Shown in pieces: positions 55,501-62,953 of a stretch of 64,000 bases of DNA (positions are counted from its first letter, which is position 1; the number at the start of each line of letters is the position of its first letter). Source of the stretch: a virus; IMG/VR virus record IMGVR_UViG_3300047478_000258, positions 6,566 through 70,565 of that record. The stretch is one strand, 5' to 3'. The translations under genes were made by a program, and so were the position numbers. Under the pieces are notes generated by a model. The model had not been told where the DNA came from, did not search any database, and worked only from the letters and a program-made list of their open reading frames with translations.

Positions 55501-58490
55501 CTAGTCAGCATATTAAAGATAGAGTTCTAAGTATATGGACATCTATAAGAGAAGCAGCAAGAGTAAGAAGTAAAAGTGAAGGAGTTACCAGTTTTGATGC
55601 TTTACTTGATACTTATATAGGAACTACTGAGTATACTTCTGCCCAGTTAGCTCATACTGTTACAAATATGCAGGATAAGTTAGCGAGAATAGCCAAAGAC
55701 TGGCCTGCATTCAAGAAGATCTTTGATTTTGCAGGGTTACAAGGTAAGTATCTATTTGGGAATGAAGCTAAAAAGTTAGATCATATCCTCTATATCTACT
55801 ATGATCTATTTAGAGAAGCTTCTCTTAATAACAAGTTAACAAAATCAACTGACTTGTACAAGAAGCATATTGCTGACTTCAATGCTGGTCGTATTACAGG
55901 AGGGGAGCATGGAAATGCTTACCTTGATAAAAATAGAATATGGCTTCTTACCCAAGCTATCACTCTTGCAGAGAAGTTATCTACTCCTCAGTATGCTAAT
56001 GAAGCTAAGGTTATTAATGATCTCTTTAATGAAGTTCAGCATGAGTATAAAAGATTATGGGACTTAGCTAATGAAGCTGGAATTATAACCAAGTTCATTA
56101 CCCATTATCAGAGCAGGAGAACTGGAGAAGTAGCAAAAGGTATGAATGGCAACTATGCATTCAAGCAGGATACTACCCACTCCTTACAAAGAGAGTTCAA
56201 GGATATAGTGGAAGTATGGAGAAACAATAGAGATATCTCTATTACTGGTATGACCTCCAACCTTTCTGACTATGGGAAGGATATCCTTTCAACTATCAGT
56301 AGCACTAACCTTATACAGAAAGGGTTAGGAATAACTACCAGATATATAGATGAGCAGGAAAACCCTGTAATCTATAAGTTAGTTGAAGGAATTAATGGAG
56401 CTATCCGTAAACTCCCTGTATTTACTTACAAACTCAACCAGAAGGATGAGGATAACAGGAACTATGTAGATTTAGAGCATCCTAATGCTACTGTTTTTGT
56501 TCTTCGTCATGTACTGACTGCAGACCAGACAGCTCTTACAGAAGAACAGCTTAATGAGATGAATATGGTCCAGGTAATAGATAAAGAAACAAATATTAAG
56601 AAGGTCTATGACATTGTTAAGGTAAAGGCACACCCAGACATAGCTACTAGGCTGAATAACCTTATGTCTAAATCAGACCTTATGAAGTTCTCTACTGTCC
56701 AAAAAACGGTGCACTATAACTCTGCTATAAAAAGGACTATATTACAAGGTGACTTCTTCCACCACTTTGCCTTTATGAGGCAGTTCTTCTTCGGAACCCC
56801 TTATAATGAAGAGTTAGCTAAATCATTAGGAGTAGCAGGAACTGGGTTACTCAACCCAAGTAGTATCTATAAGAGAGGTCTTGCTCTATACAGTCAAGCA
56901 CTAAAAGACCCTAAAGATCCTACTATCCTTGCTTCTTTAGCTCCTACTGAAGTGCAGATAGTAAACATATTAAGGAATCTGATACATAGTGGCATCTCTT
57001 TTAATACTGCCCCTGACTGGGATGAGATGATGGAGTCCAAAGAAGGGAGAAAGAAGTTAGTTAATCTCTTAGTTAAGAAGGGAGTAGTAGCTAACTTTGC
57101 AGAAGGTTATACCTACATGATGGAAAATATGGAGAGCTTCCTCTTCAAAGAGTTTGGAACAGGTCTTAAGATAATCTCTGCTCTTGCTGTCTATATGGAT
57201 ATACAGAACAAGATAAAGAAGAATAAGTGGGAATTCAAGATATCCCCTTCTTTACTGTCTGAGATTAATGCTCTCCCTGAGACTGAAAGAGCAGCTAAGT
57301 TACAGGAAATACAGGACAGTGAAGTATATAAGGCAGTAGCAGAGTATACAAACATTAACTTTGGGGGACTTAACAAGAACAGATATAAGTCTTCTGATAG
57401 CAGAATGGCACAGTTCTGGTTCTCTCCTACTGTTACTCTCTTTAAGAGAATACTATTGCTGGCTCCTGACTGGACTGAATCTAATATAGCTGGAATTGTT
57501 AAGTACATTAAGGCTATAAAGACAGGTAATAAGATAGAGAGAGAACTATATCAGAGAGTTCTCTATACTACTGCAGTAAGAGCTACTATGTTGTTGATCT
57601 TAGGAAATATGCTCATGGCTGCAATCTCTGCTATGGGGGATGATGATGAAGACCAGTGGGATAGGATAGTAAAGAATTGGGATAATGAGGAGAAGTTAGC
57701 GAACAAGCTTATCTCTCTTATGGAGTTAGATATAACTGCTGCCTATACTGCTTTGGGTGGAGATCCTAAGTATACAAAGAAGTTAAATGTTCTTGGTCAT
57801 ATTATAGATCCAGTAAAAGCTGCTACTATGCCTTTTACTTTTACTAAGAACAAATTAGGAGTTATACCCCGCTTTGGTTATGAAGGAGTAACAGGAACTA
57901 ACTTTAAAGGTGAGACTTATACTACTTTGTCTGAGTATATAGGGAGAGACTTTGAGAAGGGAGTTTATGCTCAAAAGGCAGGGTTGTTTAATGCAGGAGA
58001 CCCCAAATTCGGAATGCTTGAGACAAGACTCACTAAGTTTGGAAAGTCTGAACCTGTCCATTGGGAAACTATTCCTACTTTTGCTATTAGTCAAGGTAAA
58101 GGGTGGACTCCTATCTATGTTCAGGAATCTTTGAATGTTATGTTTGGTTATAATACTGCTCTTGAAGCATTCATGAGAATAGGCGGAGCTCAGGTTAAAA
58201 CTAACTATCTTGCTCCTCTACCTGATATCAAAGTGGAGTACACCCCAAAAGAGAAGAAGGATATAACTCGTCATTTCAATAATAGATGGGAAAAACTGAA
58301 AACTGTAGTAAGAAAGAAAACCAGGGATAATGGGGAACTATCTTTTGAAGATACTAATATGCTGATTAAACAGTTGGATATGATTAACCAAGAAGCAGCT
58401 CCTTATGGTTATAAGAAACACACATTGAAATCTTTAATGAAGATAGAGACAGATATTATTAAATACCCCACACCAGATATGGCAGAATAG
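46548..58490 (+). CDS. Giant (3980 aa) polyvalent virion protein with zincin metallopeptidase and DUF4326-like domains
   Basis: ARAAGESDDYIANYL N-terminus; LHEVVHA...REFLA; FGNPF...YYDWL...LDGKNL...HAKML. Confidence 0.8.
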   Translation: MYSIEKARAAGESDDYIANYLIEKNKIDPTSLQGIPQEKLLDHLVGEDSRINYPMNGAQAINTRLEQKNQELYPEKYTAIPVPFQDTPIMMPKTEAQNAEYAKQKALYDKSPNMPGIGGALWEAGAQPIKGALNLPKRLVGSNLEAAGTAIGGDTAVGGFLQEAGKAWSGFSDKAQEFAPPSQQSLESPIRNTLIGGVQSASEILLSGLIPGGAIAYGAGIGSEAGLGLYKDMVAKGKSHEEALSYGVINGGVQGVLETYLNKMTLGLAKPLTGLIGKAIVNEGEQALKSTAKELIGVYGFKQFFKNIGKMAMWEGTEEVAQQGTEDILRKIGMDETKTPEAYAQDYALQFLGGAFAGLLIGHASQGMNMVAMKPYIDALQNPATGQDVRLSAKDAITQLLTPQSLEAAKAWDTLATRAVIAGDPIPVDTQFAAFINVYNNNRTTASVNMLNPETPRKPLGTPPVAAPTPATPPTGNPPIDLLSPEVARSKQVAEGRVLAAEEQIMNTSDEAKIAELQNLQEQVGQQQVALEESEKPMALSKTAFTSKIAERKAKLELKAKDKTITPAEKGMLNDMNRLSTEDLAKAYNIELSTPTVLKPVDMTNQKIVEREQAILAEQQKTETPLPVQEQAPEQKQPTERETLITGLEKMSAEIEAKEGRAAASSAVLSSKEFQRLKQIEKEEEVKTFSPERQQIIAVASKMPEERVRTEIAKEKANLTVLQDAISKYPKEDPNIAPLQKEMELVQHTIKAYEDRLNSLSWDSHLEAVTTPATEPKVQVKQITERLKVLNVAMENTSDKEKISSIRVQIKREADKLKDLDPDRYAKIEANMNLIDKMGELKSVSVFKSDKTTTTEHPTIGRFLNDISRNSDSVAMKQLSTYLLKKIESQPSKLNMKIVHSSVLEHEPTKRNIEGKGSGAYYHYDSDEIRILRGSIAPREYNTAVLHEVVHALTSKKIRAHMSVESKYYNKIFYTITKAASEEMKITHAYAFSNPREFLAMIFTDSQLIQDLEKLKIDISWIKEASPNIHTAWEAILDVFKKILGMDVAKDSALGHSLKALDSLLKEGAKLQEKQKGTDEMFNPFNEPTEEKETTEDVTALFDIPWDDLTTAQRDILADITDIDTLAKFPLSHLTANQTGIIWNKMDTTDEFPSESKATVKVGPMAEIKTLHNAGKGVYTMRVYDDSFKKLDKDHHFGNPFGVTGVTTSSSVPNAGTIKEVSQRYYDWLSGKADKNIEPDRRVWINKVIDMGLLDGKNLLYFQQTEINHAKMLAKYINERSIKETLAPWEEQKKEVKTFSDIVAGTHRNVKIIESPITASMAALLPDARFGYWAKDGDSPITLPTYEEMNKKTKKMEIKLKGWETPRIASNAISLPIKKSMGSFYTDAEFLGSNKPESTYKKVVMEETTVKGVTRAKVTNIVSPKTSNIRIKLDQQFDTLESYARSGIRVVLSALDLTEISAHSPALASYLKERVAKLGAIKTNEQSKRDVEVVKKTTVPAASQILDKRTKYKGNISRENLKKMQETTIKLIADIKEGFTPERVAELKTFHKMKEKDQVKYLRELNKETRNQITERIDLTNLYADTILRFGIKEGKIYKSSLPYKISARIVAAYNDYHADLDSIPSMLRSIAVSNNEYGKHYIPTATGVSTFIEKTTPLIDQIFSSKHWDTTTAKTASLMAIESYFEGNPMSYEDIVAKITKYGTEFSTMSRNLWNDPEFQNVFSFQGYDVPVPPWTMDSENLLLSFDKFVTHMVDKYGLDPADVVNSNKMLELFFGGFIHNRVKEEWKDSKGKKHTVYHDQSIIKEDIVTEEVAHINELEWVRYTLNRTTPIMTWKGGEIKENFKELENLPINFALGLRAMIISRINQANKIDDSLFEFKETRDLKSKARVLDKDDQLVPKYDKRGAIDEKNILWVEPETEKDKINTSKYAAYIMKQLEKTGDWLSFEDSLGAVSIQDYPLIIDYITKNNPDLLHSILGSDKLIYPRVSFGKGEKGKIETPYDFKLWQNSETLRSNFNYLVANLPEFVRDGYTIDIAYYANKGYLNGRETVAVKDLGTVLFIKQRGITVHTMPMPSDGKYDIKMMVQQLTSFMKNMHYMTSEEAIDIHLPSIPNRRDDRPSTLPKVFFKKDLSKSEDDYTAPYSYINDTELSHLYDALFSGGIKAESLSDEELQDHITRMRSVLKEDVISQRELWSRIDKLKEALEQDNLTTQEKDRINSLIKENESKVELYSGDLKETYNSLFNEIMKIRSAKFEYNYESFAYMEKIDNVMNYLNVIEREKARFLTDETTQNVSDFVKANKAVAVSTQVGHSKKNKVLTTDQSLFQAAINNLQLLQNLKKPTALEVFNTIVEKGKWVVETKIDGIQQTLSMTNTLAEAAYGEGDKTILVGAKGLFHDRPDIVYALNELSRIEAEALTVYGIDAQLSQPGIDRYIDRTMGKYIKRSLGSDVVRWKSPENVFRINSLYGRIYRDPLSKHSINNEREVLAMAILATMRENGNEKATLAEAMDLASLYQETIREISKSTQGPANKYIIFNLALRKFNEAKANPHGVESAVVDNLNTIRKELSDPTYNQEAVKQLADYYKRTLSKELGILRMNEIVLKSLTQDNLYTKDIWNAVKTVDSQKFLTDMDRYATADKAVLPKEVADKLDLDTLFLATSNAILEHMPKYNTLYLDSKEKEYTYRAAAEFVSKADSLGAIKKEITNALLNVDAIIARKTGTKKDLQKAAVGMVYAEALMSGQIFRFGMAKETVDTLMTFTDPIYEELSKVDPALYRGEPSKLRADIDMKTLSLPYTALLDLYDFIQQGSLFKGVLLRPIDKIDFKARNMSKVYDMAMDMSKYDANNLTPYHYLVAAVEAAYQKNKDQFRANMRGLIPVIDYIGQDLRDKSFMRKRKPRKDITGNDPAVTKKHKIDTGKLKDSLPYLTKQQPIFNPTLIQNEDGSWTFETEEEPGELHRIISPETLYYDEFMGMDTEYPNVVGTSQHIKDRVLSIWTSIREAARVRSKSEGVTSFDALLDTYIGTTEYTSAQLAHTVTNMQDKLARIAKDWPAFKKIFDFAGLQGKYLFGNEAKKLDHILYIYYDLFREASLNNKLTKSTDLYKKHIADFNAGRITGGEHGNAYLDKNRIWLLTQAITLAEKLSTPQYANEAKVINDLFNEVQHEYKRLWDLANEAGIITKFITHYQSRRTGEVAKGMNGNYAFKQDTTHSLQREFKDIVEVWRNNRDISITGMTSNLSDYGKDILSTISSTNLIQKGLGITTRYIDEQENPVIYKLVEGINGAIRKLPVFTYKLNQKDEDNRNYVDLEHPNATVFVLRHVLTADQTALTEEQLNEMNMVQVIDKETNIKKVYDIVKVKAHPDIATRLNNLMSKSDLMKFSTVQKTVHYNSAIKRTILQGDFFHHFAFMRQFFFGTPYNEELAKSLGVAGTGLLNPSSIYKRGLALYSQALKDPKDPTILASLAPTEVQIVNILRNLIHSGISFNTAPDWDEMMESKEGRKKLVNLLVKKGVVANFAEGYTYMMENMESFLFKEFGTGLKIISALAVYMDIQNKIKKNKWEFKISPSLLSEINALPETERAAKLQEIQDSEVYKAVAEYTNINFGGLNKNRYKSSDSRMAQFWFSPTVTLFKRILLLAPDWTESNIAGIVKYIKAIKTGNKIERELYQRVLYTTAVRATMLLILGNMLMAAISAMGDDDEDQWDRIVKNWDNEEKLANKLISLMELDITAAYTALGGDPKYTKKLNVLGHIIDPVKAATMPFTFTKNKLGVIPRFGYEGVTGTNFKGETYTTLSEYIGRDFEKGVYAQKAGLFNAGDPKFGMLETRLTKFGKSEPVHWETIPTFAISQGKGWTPIYVQESLNVMFGYNTALEAFMRIGGAQVKTNYLAPLPDIKVEYTPKEKKDITRHFNNRWEKLKTVVRKKTRDNGELSFEDTNMLIKQLDMINQEAAPYGYKKHTLKSLMKIETDIIKYPTPDMAE
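48604..48617. repeat. TGAAAACGTTTTCA palindrome 17
   Basis: Inside giant ORF (VKTFS). Confidence 0.95.
50434..50447. repeat. TGAAAACGTTTTCA palindrome 18
   Basis: Inside giant ORF (VKTFS). Confidence 0.95.
53921..53934. repeat. TGAAAACGTTTTCA palindrome 19
   Basis: Inside giant ORF (ENVF). Confidence 0.95.
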
Positions 58491-58498
58491 GGAGTAAG

Positions 58499-58536
58499 AA
58501 AAAAAGGGGGAAGAGCCCAATTAAGAGCTCTCCCCC
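58499..58536 (-). terminator. Terminator at convergent junction
   Basis: GGGGG.AGAGC stem with T7 on minus strand. Confidence 0.75.
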
Positions 58537-58550
58537 TGAAAACGTTTTCA
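58537..58550. repeat. TGAAAACGTTTTCA palindrome 20
   Basis: Abuts terminator at convergent junction. Confidence 0.95.
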
Positions 58551-58552
58551 CA

Positions 58553-58768
58553 TTATTCTATTCTCCACACTCTTATACTATCTTCCCCTATTACCCTTGA
58601 AGTAAAGATCATAGATTTATACCTTGCAGCACAAGCCATTACATTTACTTGTAGTTTGTGGGGTTTCTCTCCTTTTACCTCAAAAGAGTCTCCTACCTTC
58701 ATTTCTCTAAAAGGATATTTTTTCCTGAAAGCTTTTGGCATTGGTACTTCTTTATCAATCTTAATCAT
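58553..58768 (-). CDS. Small phage protein, putative DNA-binding
   Basis: IDKEVPMP...KYPF..M.VGDSF...IRVWR. Confidence 0.7.
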   Translation of the reverse strand: MIKIDKEVPMPKAFRKKYPFREMKVGDSFEVKGEKPHKLQVNVMACAARYKSMIFTSRVIGEDSIRVWRIE

Positions 58769-58779
58769 TTCTCTCCTCT

Positions 58780-61275
58780 TTACCAATAAATGTCGATTTC
58801 TTGATTATCTAATAAGAACTCATCTATAGACTTCATATTAGCCCAGTTATACCCTACCTTTGTTTCAGACTCTATAGGATAGTCTACAGTTACCCCAAAC
58901 TTAGAGAAGATATACGTCTTTGATGCTTTTTCTACTATCTCTTTCATTACCCCGCAAGCTTCTTTGAGATCCTCTACTTTAACTTGGCATATGATAGCAT
59001 CATGAATGAACCACATAGGTTTAATAATTCTATTCAGAACATATTGTGAGTCATTAATAAGCTTCATACCTATAAGACCAAGATCTGAACTAAAGCTCTG
59101 AACTGGGCTATTTATAGCTTGCCTCTCTGCTTCTGATGCTACTGAGAAGTCTACACTATTAATACCAGGGAGATTCCTCCTTCTACCAAGAGGACTTTCT
59201 ATATATCCCTGTTTTTGCACTTTAGATTTTACCTTTGCATAGTGAGTAGGAAGACCATAATAACCATCTGGGTATCCAAAGAAAGCTCCTCTTATCTCTA
59301 TGCATTGTTCAAGGGTATAATCTACATTGTAGTTAGACTTCAGATAATCTTTTAAGCTCTCTGCCTGCATACCATAGATAAGACCAAAGTTAACTCCTTT
59401 TGCATCTCTCCTCATTTCTTTGGTTACTTTATCTATAGATACCTTGTTAACAACAGCTGCAGTTTTGGTATGCAAATCTACACCATCTTTAAGAGCCTTT
59501 AGGATATTCTTATCATCAGCTAACCAACCCATAATTCTTAGTTCTGACTGGGACAGATCAATAGCTACCAAAGCATACCCTTTATCAGCTATTATTGCTT
59601 CCCTTATCAGAGCTGCGAACTCTCCTCTTGCTGGGTAAGTCTGGATAGGAGGATTAAGCATAACTGTCCTACCTGTAACAGTTCTGGTAATAGAAGTAGA
59701 AGGGTAGATACGCCCATCTGCTTTTATATACCTCTCTATAGAATTCAAATAGGAAGTAGATACTTTAGATAGCTTTTTCCATCTTAGATATTTCTCTACA
59801 AAAGGGTCATGCCTGAAATACTTAAGATGCTCTTCATTTACTTGTATCAACCCTGTCTTAGTCCTAAATTCAGGTCTGGGAACATTCAGCCTGAATACTA
59901 TATCTCTTACAAGATTAAGACGACTAAACTTGATACCCTTCTCTAAATGAGACATTCTTGTGCTTGGATCTATCAGGTCAGTCATCTGGGACTCAAGAAT
60001 CTCCATCTCCAGAGTAGCCTTTTGCTGATTCCTGAACAGCACATCTCTATCTACAAGACACCCTTGGTTACTGCATTCCATAAGCATATCCTGAACTGGC
60101 ATTACAAATTTTTCATAATACCTCTCCAGTACAGGAGAAAAGTCGTTAGATATTACCTCATATGCTCTAAGAGTAGCATCAGTATCTACTCCATTGTAAC
60201 GTATAAGAAGAGCTTCTTCAGCACCCTCTAAACTACCCCTCTGACCTTCAGCAACATCTTTGATGTTCTTCATCTCTGTATAGAGATTAGCTACATTCTC
60301 CAGATTAAAAGCATGATAGTTCTCATCTTTAACATGAGCCATAGAGAGGACATCATATACCTTCCCTCTCATATCTACACCTAATAGATGTTCACAGACA
60401 TTCTCATCAAAAGGTCTAGCAGCTACTATCTTGTTAATATTGTTATCATGGAGAATACCTTTAACTCTATTCCAGATACTAGAGTTTGGCTTAAGCTCTT
60501 TAGCTCTATTAACTACCACAAAAGACTCACCAAACTTCTTGGAGAATGAGACAGAAAGCATTCTATTATTAGGATCATGCACATCTGCATTGATAGTCTC
60601 AAAGTCTACTGCCAATAAGTGGTAAGCATGAAGCTTTATAAGGTCACCTAATGTAGCTTCCTTATAATTACTGGTATCAATAGTAGCAGAGATGAACCCA
60701 GCATCTATATACTCTTTAAGAGTCTTCATATCTGAATAGAAATCCTTCTCCCTATTAGACATGGTAGAGAACTCTTTATTAGGATAGTTGTTGGTAGCTT
60801 CTCTTAGAACTGCTGCAGGATGGATAGTAACGAATACATCACAGCCAAATTCTTCTGAGTAGAAGAACTTACCCCTCTTGTCTGTTACCTTAGACTTGCC
60901 AAGTATTTGTTTAAGGGCGTGATTACCAAGTACCACAATGACCTTCGGTTTAATAGACTGAATAAGCTGTTCAATATTAGGTCTACAACAATCAAGACTG
61001 GTAGTAAGAGGCTTACCAGTAAGAGCTGGATTACCCTCAAAACACCGCAACGCATTTGCCATATACCAGTCATCACGAGATAAGCCCACTGAGGTCATCA
61101 CCGAATTGAGCAGTTTCCCACTCTTCCCTTGGAACGGGAGTTGAATTGATACCTCCTCCTTCGCTGGGCTCTGACCTACTATCAGTAAGTTGTTTCCCGT
61201 GTTCTTCCCCTTCTGGTAAGGGACTTCCGACATCCTGTACAACGAGCAACCCTTGCAAGTCTCCTTTTTTGCCAT
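58780..61275 (-). CDS. Family A DNA polymerase with N-terminal family-4 UDG-like and 3'-5' exonuclease domains
   Basis: CKGC, GQSP..EE...PFQG.SG.LL, NALRC, HPAAVLR; VDFET; DLSQSELR, AKGVNFGLIYG, IHDAI. Confidence 0.93.
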   Translation of the reverse strand: MAKKETCKGCSLYRMSEVPYQKGKNTGNNLLIVGQSPAKEEVSIQLPFQGKSGKLLNSVMTSVGLSRDDWYMANALRCFEGNPALTGKPLTTSLDCCRPNIEQLIQSIKPKVIVVLGNHALKQILGKSKVTDKRGKFFYSEEFGCDVFVTIHPAAVLREATNNYPNKEFSTMSNREKDFYSDMKTLKEYIDAGFISATIDTSNYKEATLGDLIKLHAYHLLAVDFETINADVHDPNNRMLSVSFSKKFGESFVVVNRAKELKPNSSIWNRVKGILHDNNINKIVAARPFDENVCEHLLGVDMRGKVYDVLSMAHVKDENYHAFNLENVANLYTEMKNIKDVAEGQRGSLEGAEEALLIRYNGVDTDATLRAYEVISNDFSPVLERYYEKFVMPVQDMLMECSNQGCLVDRDVLFRNQQKATLEMEILESQMTDLIDPSTRMSHLEKGIKFSRLNLVRDIVFRLNVPRPEFRTKTGLIQVNEEHLKYFRHDPFVEKYLRWKKLSKVSTSYLNSIERYIKADGRIYPSTSITRTVTGRTVMLNPPIQTYPARGEFAALIREAIIADKGYALVAIDLSQSELRIMGWLADDKNILKALKDGVDLHTKTAAVVNKVSIDKVTKEMRRDAKGVNFGLIYGMQAESLKDYLKSNYNVDYTLEQCIEIRGAFFGYPDGYYGLPTHYAKVKSKVQKQGYIESPLGRRRNLPGINSVDFSVASEAERQAINSPVQSFSSDLGLIGMKLINDSQYVLNRIIKPMWFIHDAIICQVKVEDLKEACGVMKEIVEKASKTYIFSKFGVTVDYPIESETKVGYNWANMKSIDEFLLDNQEIDIYW

Positions 61276-61576
61276 TTTTCTCTCCTCCTAGGACGCTAAT
61301 GAAATCTTTCCTTCTAATCATGATGATATCATTATCGCCTTTTAGTCCTGTTTGGTGGACTACGACCATAGGTATTTTTTTACGTCTATTGTTACGATCA
61401 CACTGCTCAAACCACTTGATTCCTACGAACTTCTTTACTGACTTGGCTTCTATTGAATAGATATGATGGAATACATCCTCACCACCTAATACTCCAGTTC
61501 TCATCCCTTCAAGAGCTTCAGCTGTCCTTCTTTCATGCATCTTCCCTCTATTTCGATTTCGTCTTTGTAAAGTCAT
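61073..61576 (-). CDS. PD-(D/E)XK Holliday-junction resolvase-like nuclease
   Basis: RGK.HER..A...D....SIEAK...W.EQ...P.VV. Confidence 0.65.
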   Translation of the reverse strand: MTLQRRNRNRGKMHERRTAEALEGMRTGVLGGEDVFHHIYSIEAKSVKKFVGIKWFEQCDRNNRRKKIPMVVVHQTGLKGDNDIIMIRRKDFISVLGGEKNGKKGDLQGLLVVQDVGSPLPEGEEHGKQLTDSRSEPSEGGGINSTPVPREEWETAQFGDDLSGLIS

Positions 61577-61802
61577 CTATTGGGATTCTCCTTCCTTTAG
61601 TAGTTCCCATAGGAATTTCTCTATACTCTCTTGCTCTTACCTTACTCATGGTATATACATATGGATATAGTAATTCTCCTAACTTAGTCTTATAGGTACA
61701 AGTAACTATAATATCTCCTTCTCCTTCCAATTTGTAGTTAGCTATACCAAAAGATATTCCTCCTGCCCATAAAGGTTCTTTTTGGATATGTCTTGTACTC
61801 AT
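61548..61802 (-). CDS. Hypothetical protein
   Basis: 84-aa ORF, AGGAGG RBS. Confidence 0.65.
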   Translation of the reverse strand: MSTRHIQKEPLWAGGISFGIANYKLEGEGDIIVTCTYKTKLGELLYPYVYTMSKVRAREYREIPMGTTKGRRIPIDDFTKTKSK

Positions 61803-62032
61803 TTCTCCTCCTTTGTAAAGTCATATTTCTCCTTACTTAGTACAGCTACGTGTTTTTCTACTTCTTCTTCTGGAATAATATCATCAGGCTTATAAGGAGT
61901 AATTGCATTTAAAAGTCCCATACTCCTATTTTCTCTAATATTATCATAGTCTATAAGGTAGATATTCATATTAGTAGTAGCTCTAATAGAAGTAACTACC
62001 CCACCACTCACTGTAACAATTACAGATTCCAT
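61799..62032 (-). CDS. Hypothetical protein
   Basis: VxVxGGVV...IDYDN pattern. Confidence 0.6.
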   Translation of the reverse strand: MESVIVTVSGGVVTSIRATTNMNIYLIDYDNIRENRSMGLLNAITPYKPDDIIPEEEVEKHVAVLSKEKYDFTKEEK

Positions 62033-62033
62033 T

Positions 62034-62219
62034 TTACTTAATTCCCCCTATTGCATTAATCTTTTCATCTAAAGACATCCCTTTAAAATTACTACCAGGT
62101 ACTTTATTCTTCTTTTTCCACTGCTCAAAGTAGTTTTTAGCATACCTACGTAATACTCTCCTAGTAATAATAAAGTTAGGATCAAATTTACCCTCTTTCT
62201 TAGCCTGATTAATTGTCAT
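62034..62219 (-). CDS. Hypothetical basic protein
   Basis: 61-aa ORF with RBS. Confidence 0.55.
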   Translation of the reverse strand: MTINQAKKEGKFDPNFIITRRVLRRYAKNYFEQWKKKNKVPGSNFKGMSLDEKINAIGGIK

Positions 62220-62953
62220 TTCTCCTCCTCAAAGCATAGATTAGCACACTTGCAGTTCTTAGCCATAAGCCCAAACTTGTTCTTGCATACTCTCTTAGGC
62301 ATAGTTCCCTTTGCTGAAAACGTTTTCACTTCCTTAAGCTTTCTCTCCAGATCCTTAATGAAATCCTGGTTGTCAGCATAAGATACTTCAAATACCTTAA
62401 ACGGGCTCTGAGAATGTGCTTTAGAGACATAAATAACATACCCTTTCTCTACGTTCATTTTGGTTTTCATCTCTTTAGCCATCCACATATAGATAATTAA
62501 CTGTAATATATGGATAAGAAGAGGTTCAGTAAGGTTCTTGAACTCTTCCCCAGAGATACTCTTTACTTCTGCTATGAAATACTCATCATCCAGCTTAAGT
62601 ATAAGATCACACGTTCCCATTATCTTTATCTTATACTTCTTTACTTCCAGCCTTACTTCCTTAGCCCTTAGTATCTTCTCTAATGCCTTACCTGTTATTT
62701 CATGAATAGCATGTCCTATCTGAAAGGTAAGAGCAAGACCAGGATACATATCCATAGGATGGTTATAGCCAAGATCACCCTTGACCAGTATGGCATATTC
62801 TCTGGGGCAAAATCCCTTACTAAGAGAAGATGCATGGATAGAATTGCCATGTCTGCCTTTTGTCATATCCATAATACCCTTCCTAAGAGCATTACGGATA
62901 AGACCTACGTTATCTACCTGCTCAAATTCAGAGTCTAGGATAAATTCTGTCAT
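62216..62953 (-). CDS. Cas4-like PD-(D/E)XK exonuclease
   Basis: HASSL...CPR, G..IHE, GTCD..EVKS, QLIIY, C-terminal Cys cluster. Confidence 0.8.
   Translation of the reverse strand: MTEFILDSEFEQVDNVGLIRNALRKGIMDMTKGRHGNSIHASSLSKGFCPREYAILVKGDLGYNHPMDMYPGLALTFQIGHAIHEITGKALEKILRAKEVRLEVKKYKIKIMGTCDLILKLDDEYFIAEVKSISGEEFKNLTEPLLIHILQLIIYMWMAKEMKTKMNVEKGYVIYVSKAHSQSPFKVFEVSYADNQDFIKDLERKLKEVKTFSAKGTMPKRVCKNKFGLMAKNCKCANLCFEEEK
62315..62328. repeat. TGAAAACGTTTTCA palindrome 21
   Basis: Inside Cas4-like gene (VKTFS). Confidence 0.95.

Noticed and set aside
46548-58490. N4-like virion RNA polymerase
   Set aside because: Size fits but no recognisable single-subunit or double-psi RNAP catalytic motifs were seen
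1306-62328. Palindromes as a CRISPR array or transposon ends
   Set aside because: Copies are only 14 bp, kilobases apart, with no regular spacers, target duplications or transposase
62216-62953. Cas4-like gene as part of a CRISPR-Cas system
   Set aside because: No cas1/cas2 or array; stand-alone Cas4-like nucleases are common in phage replication modules
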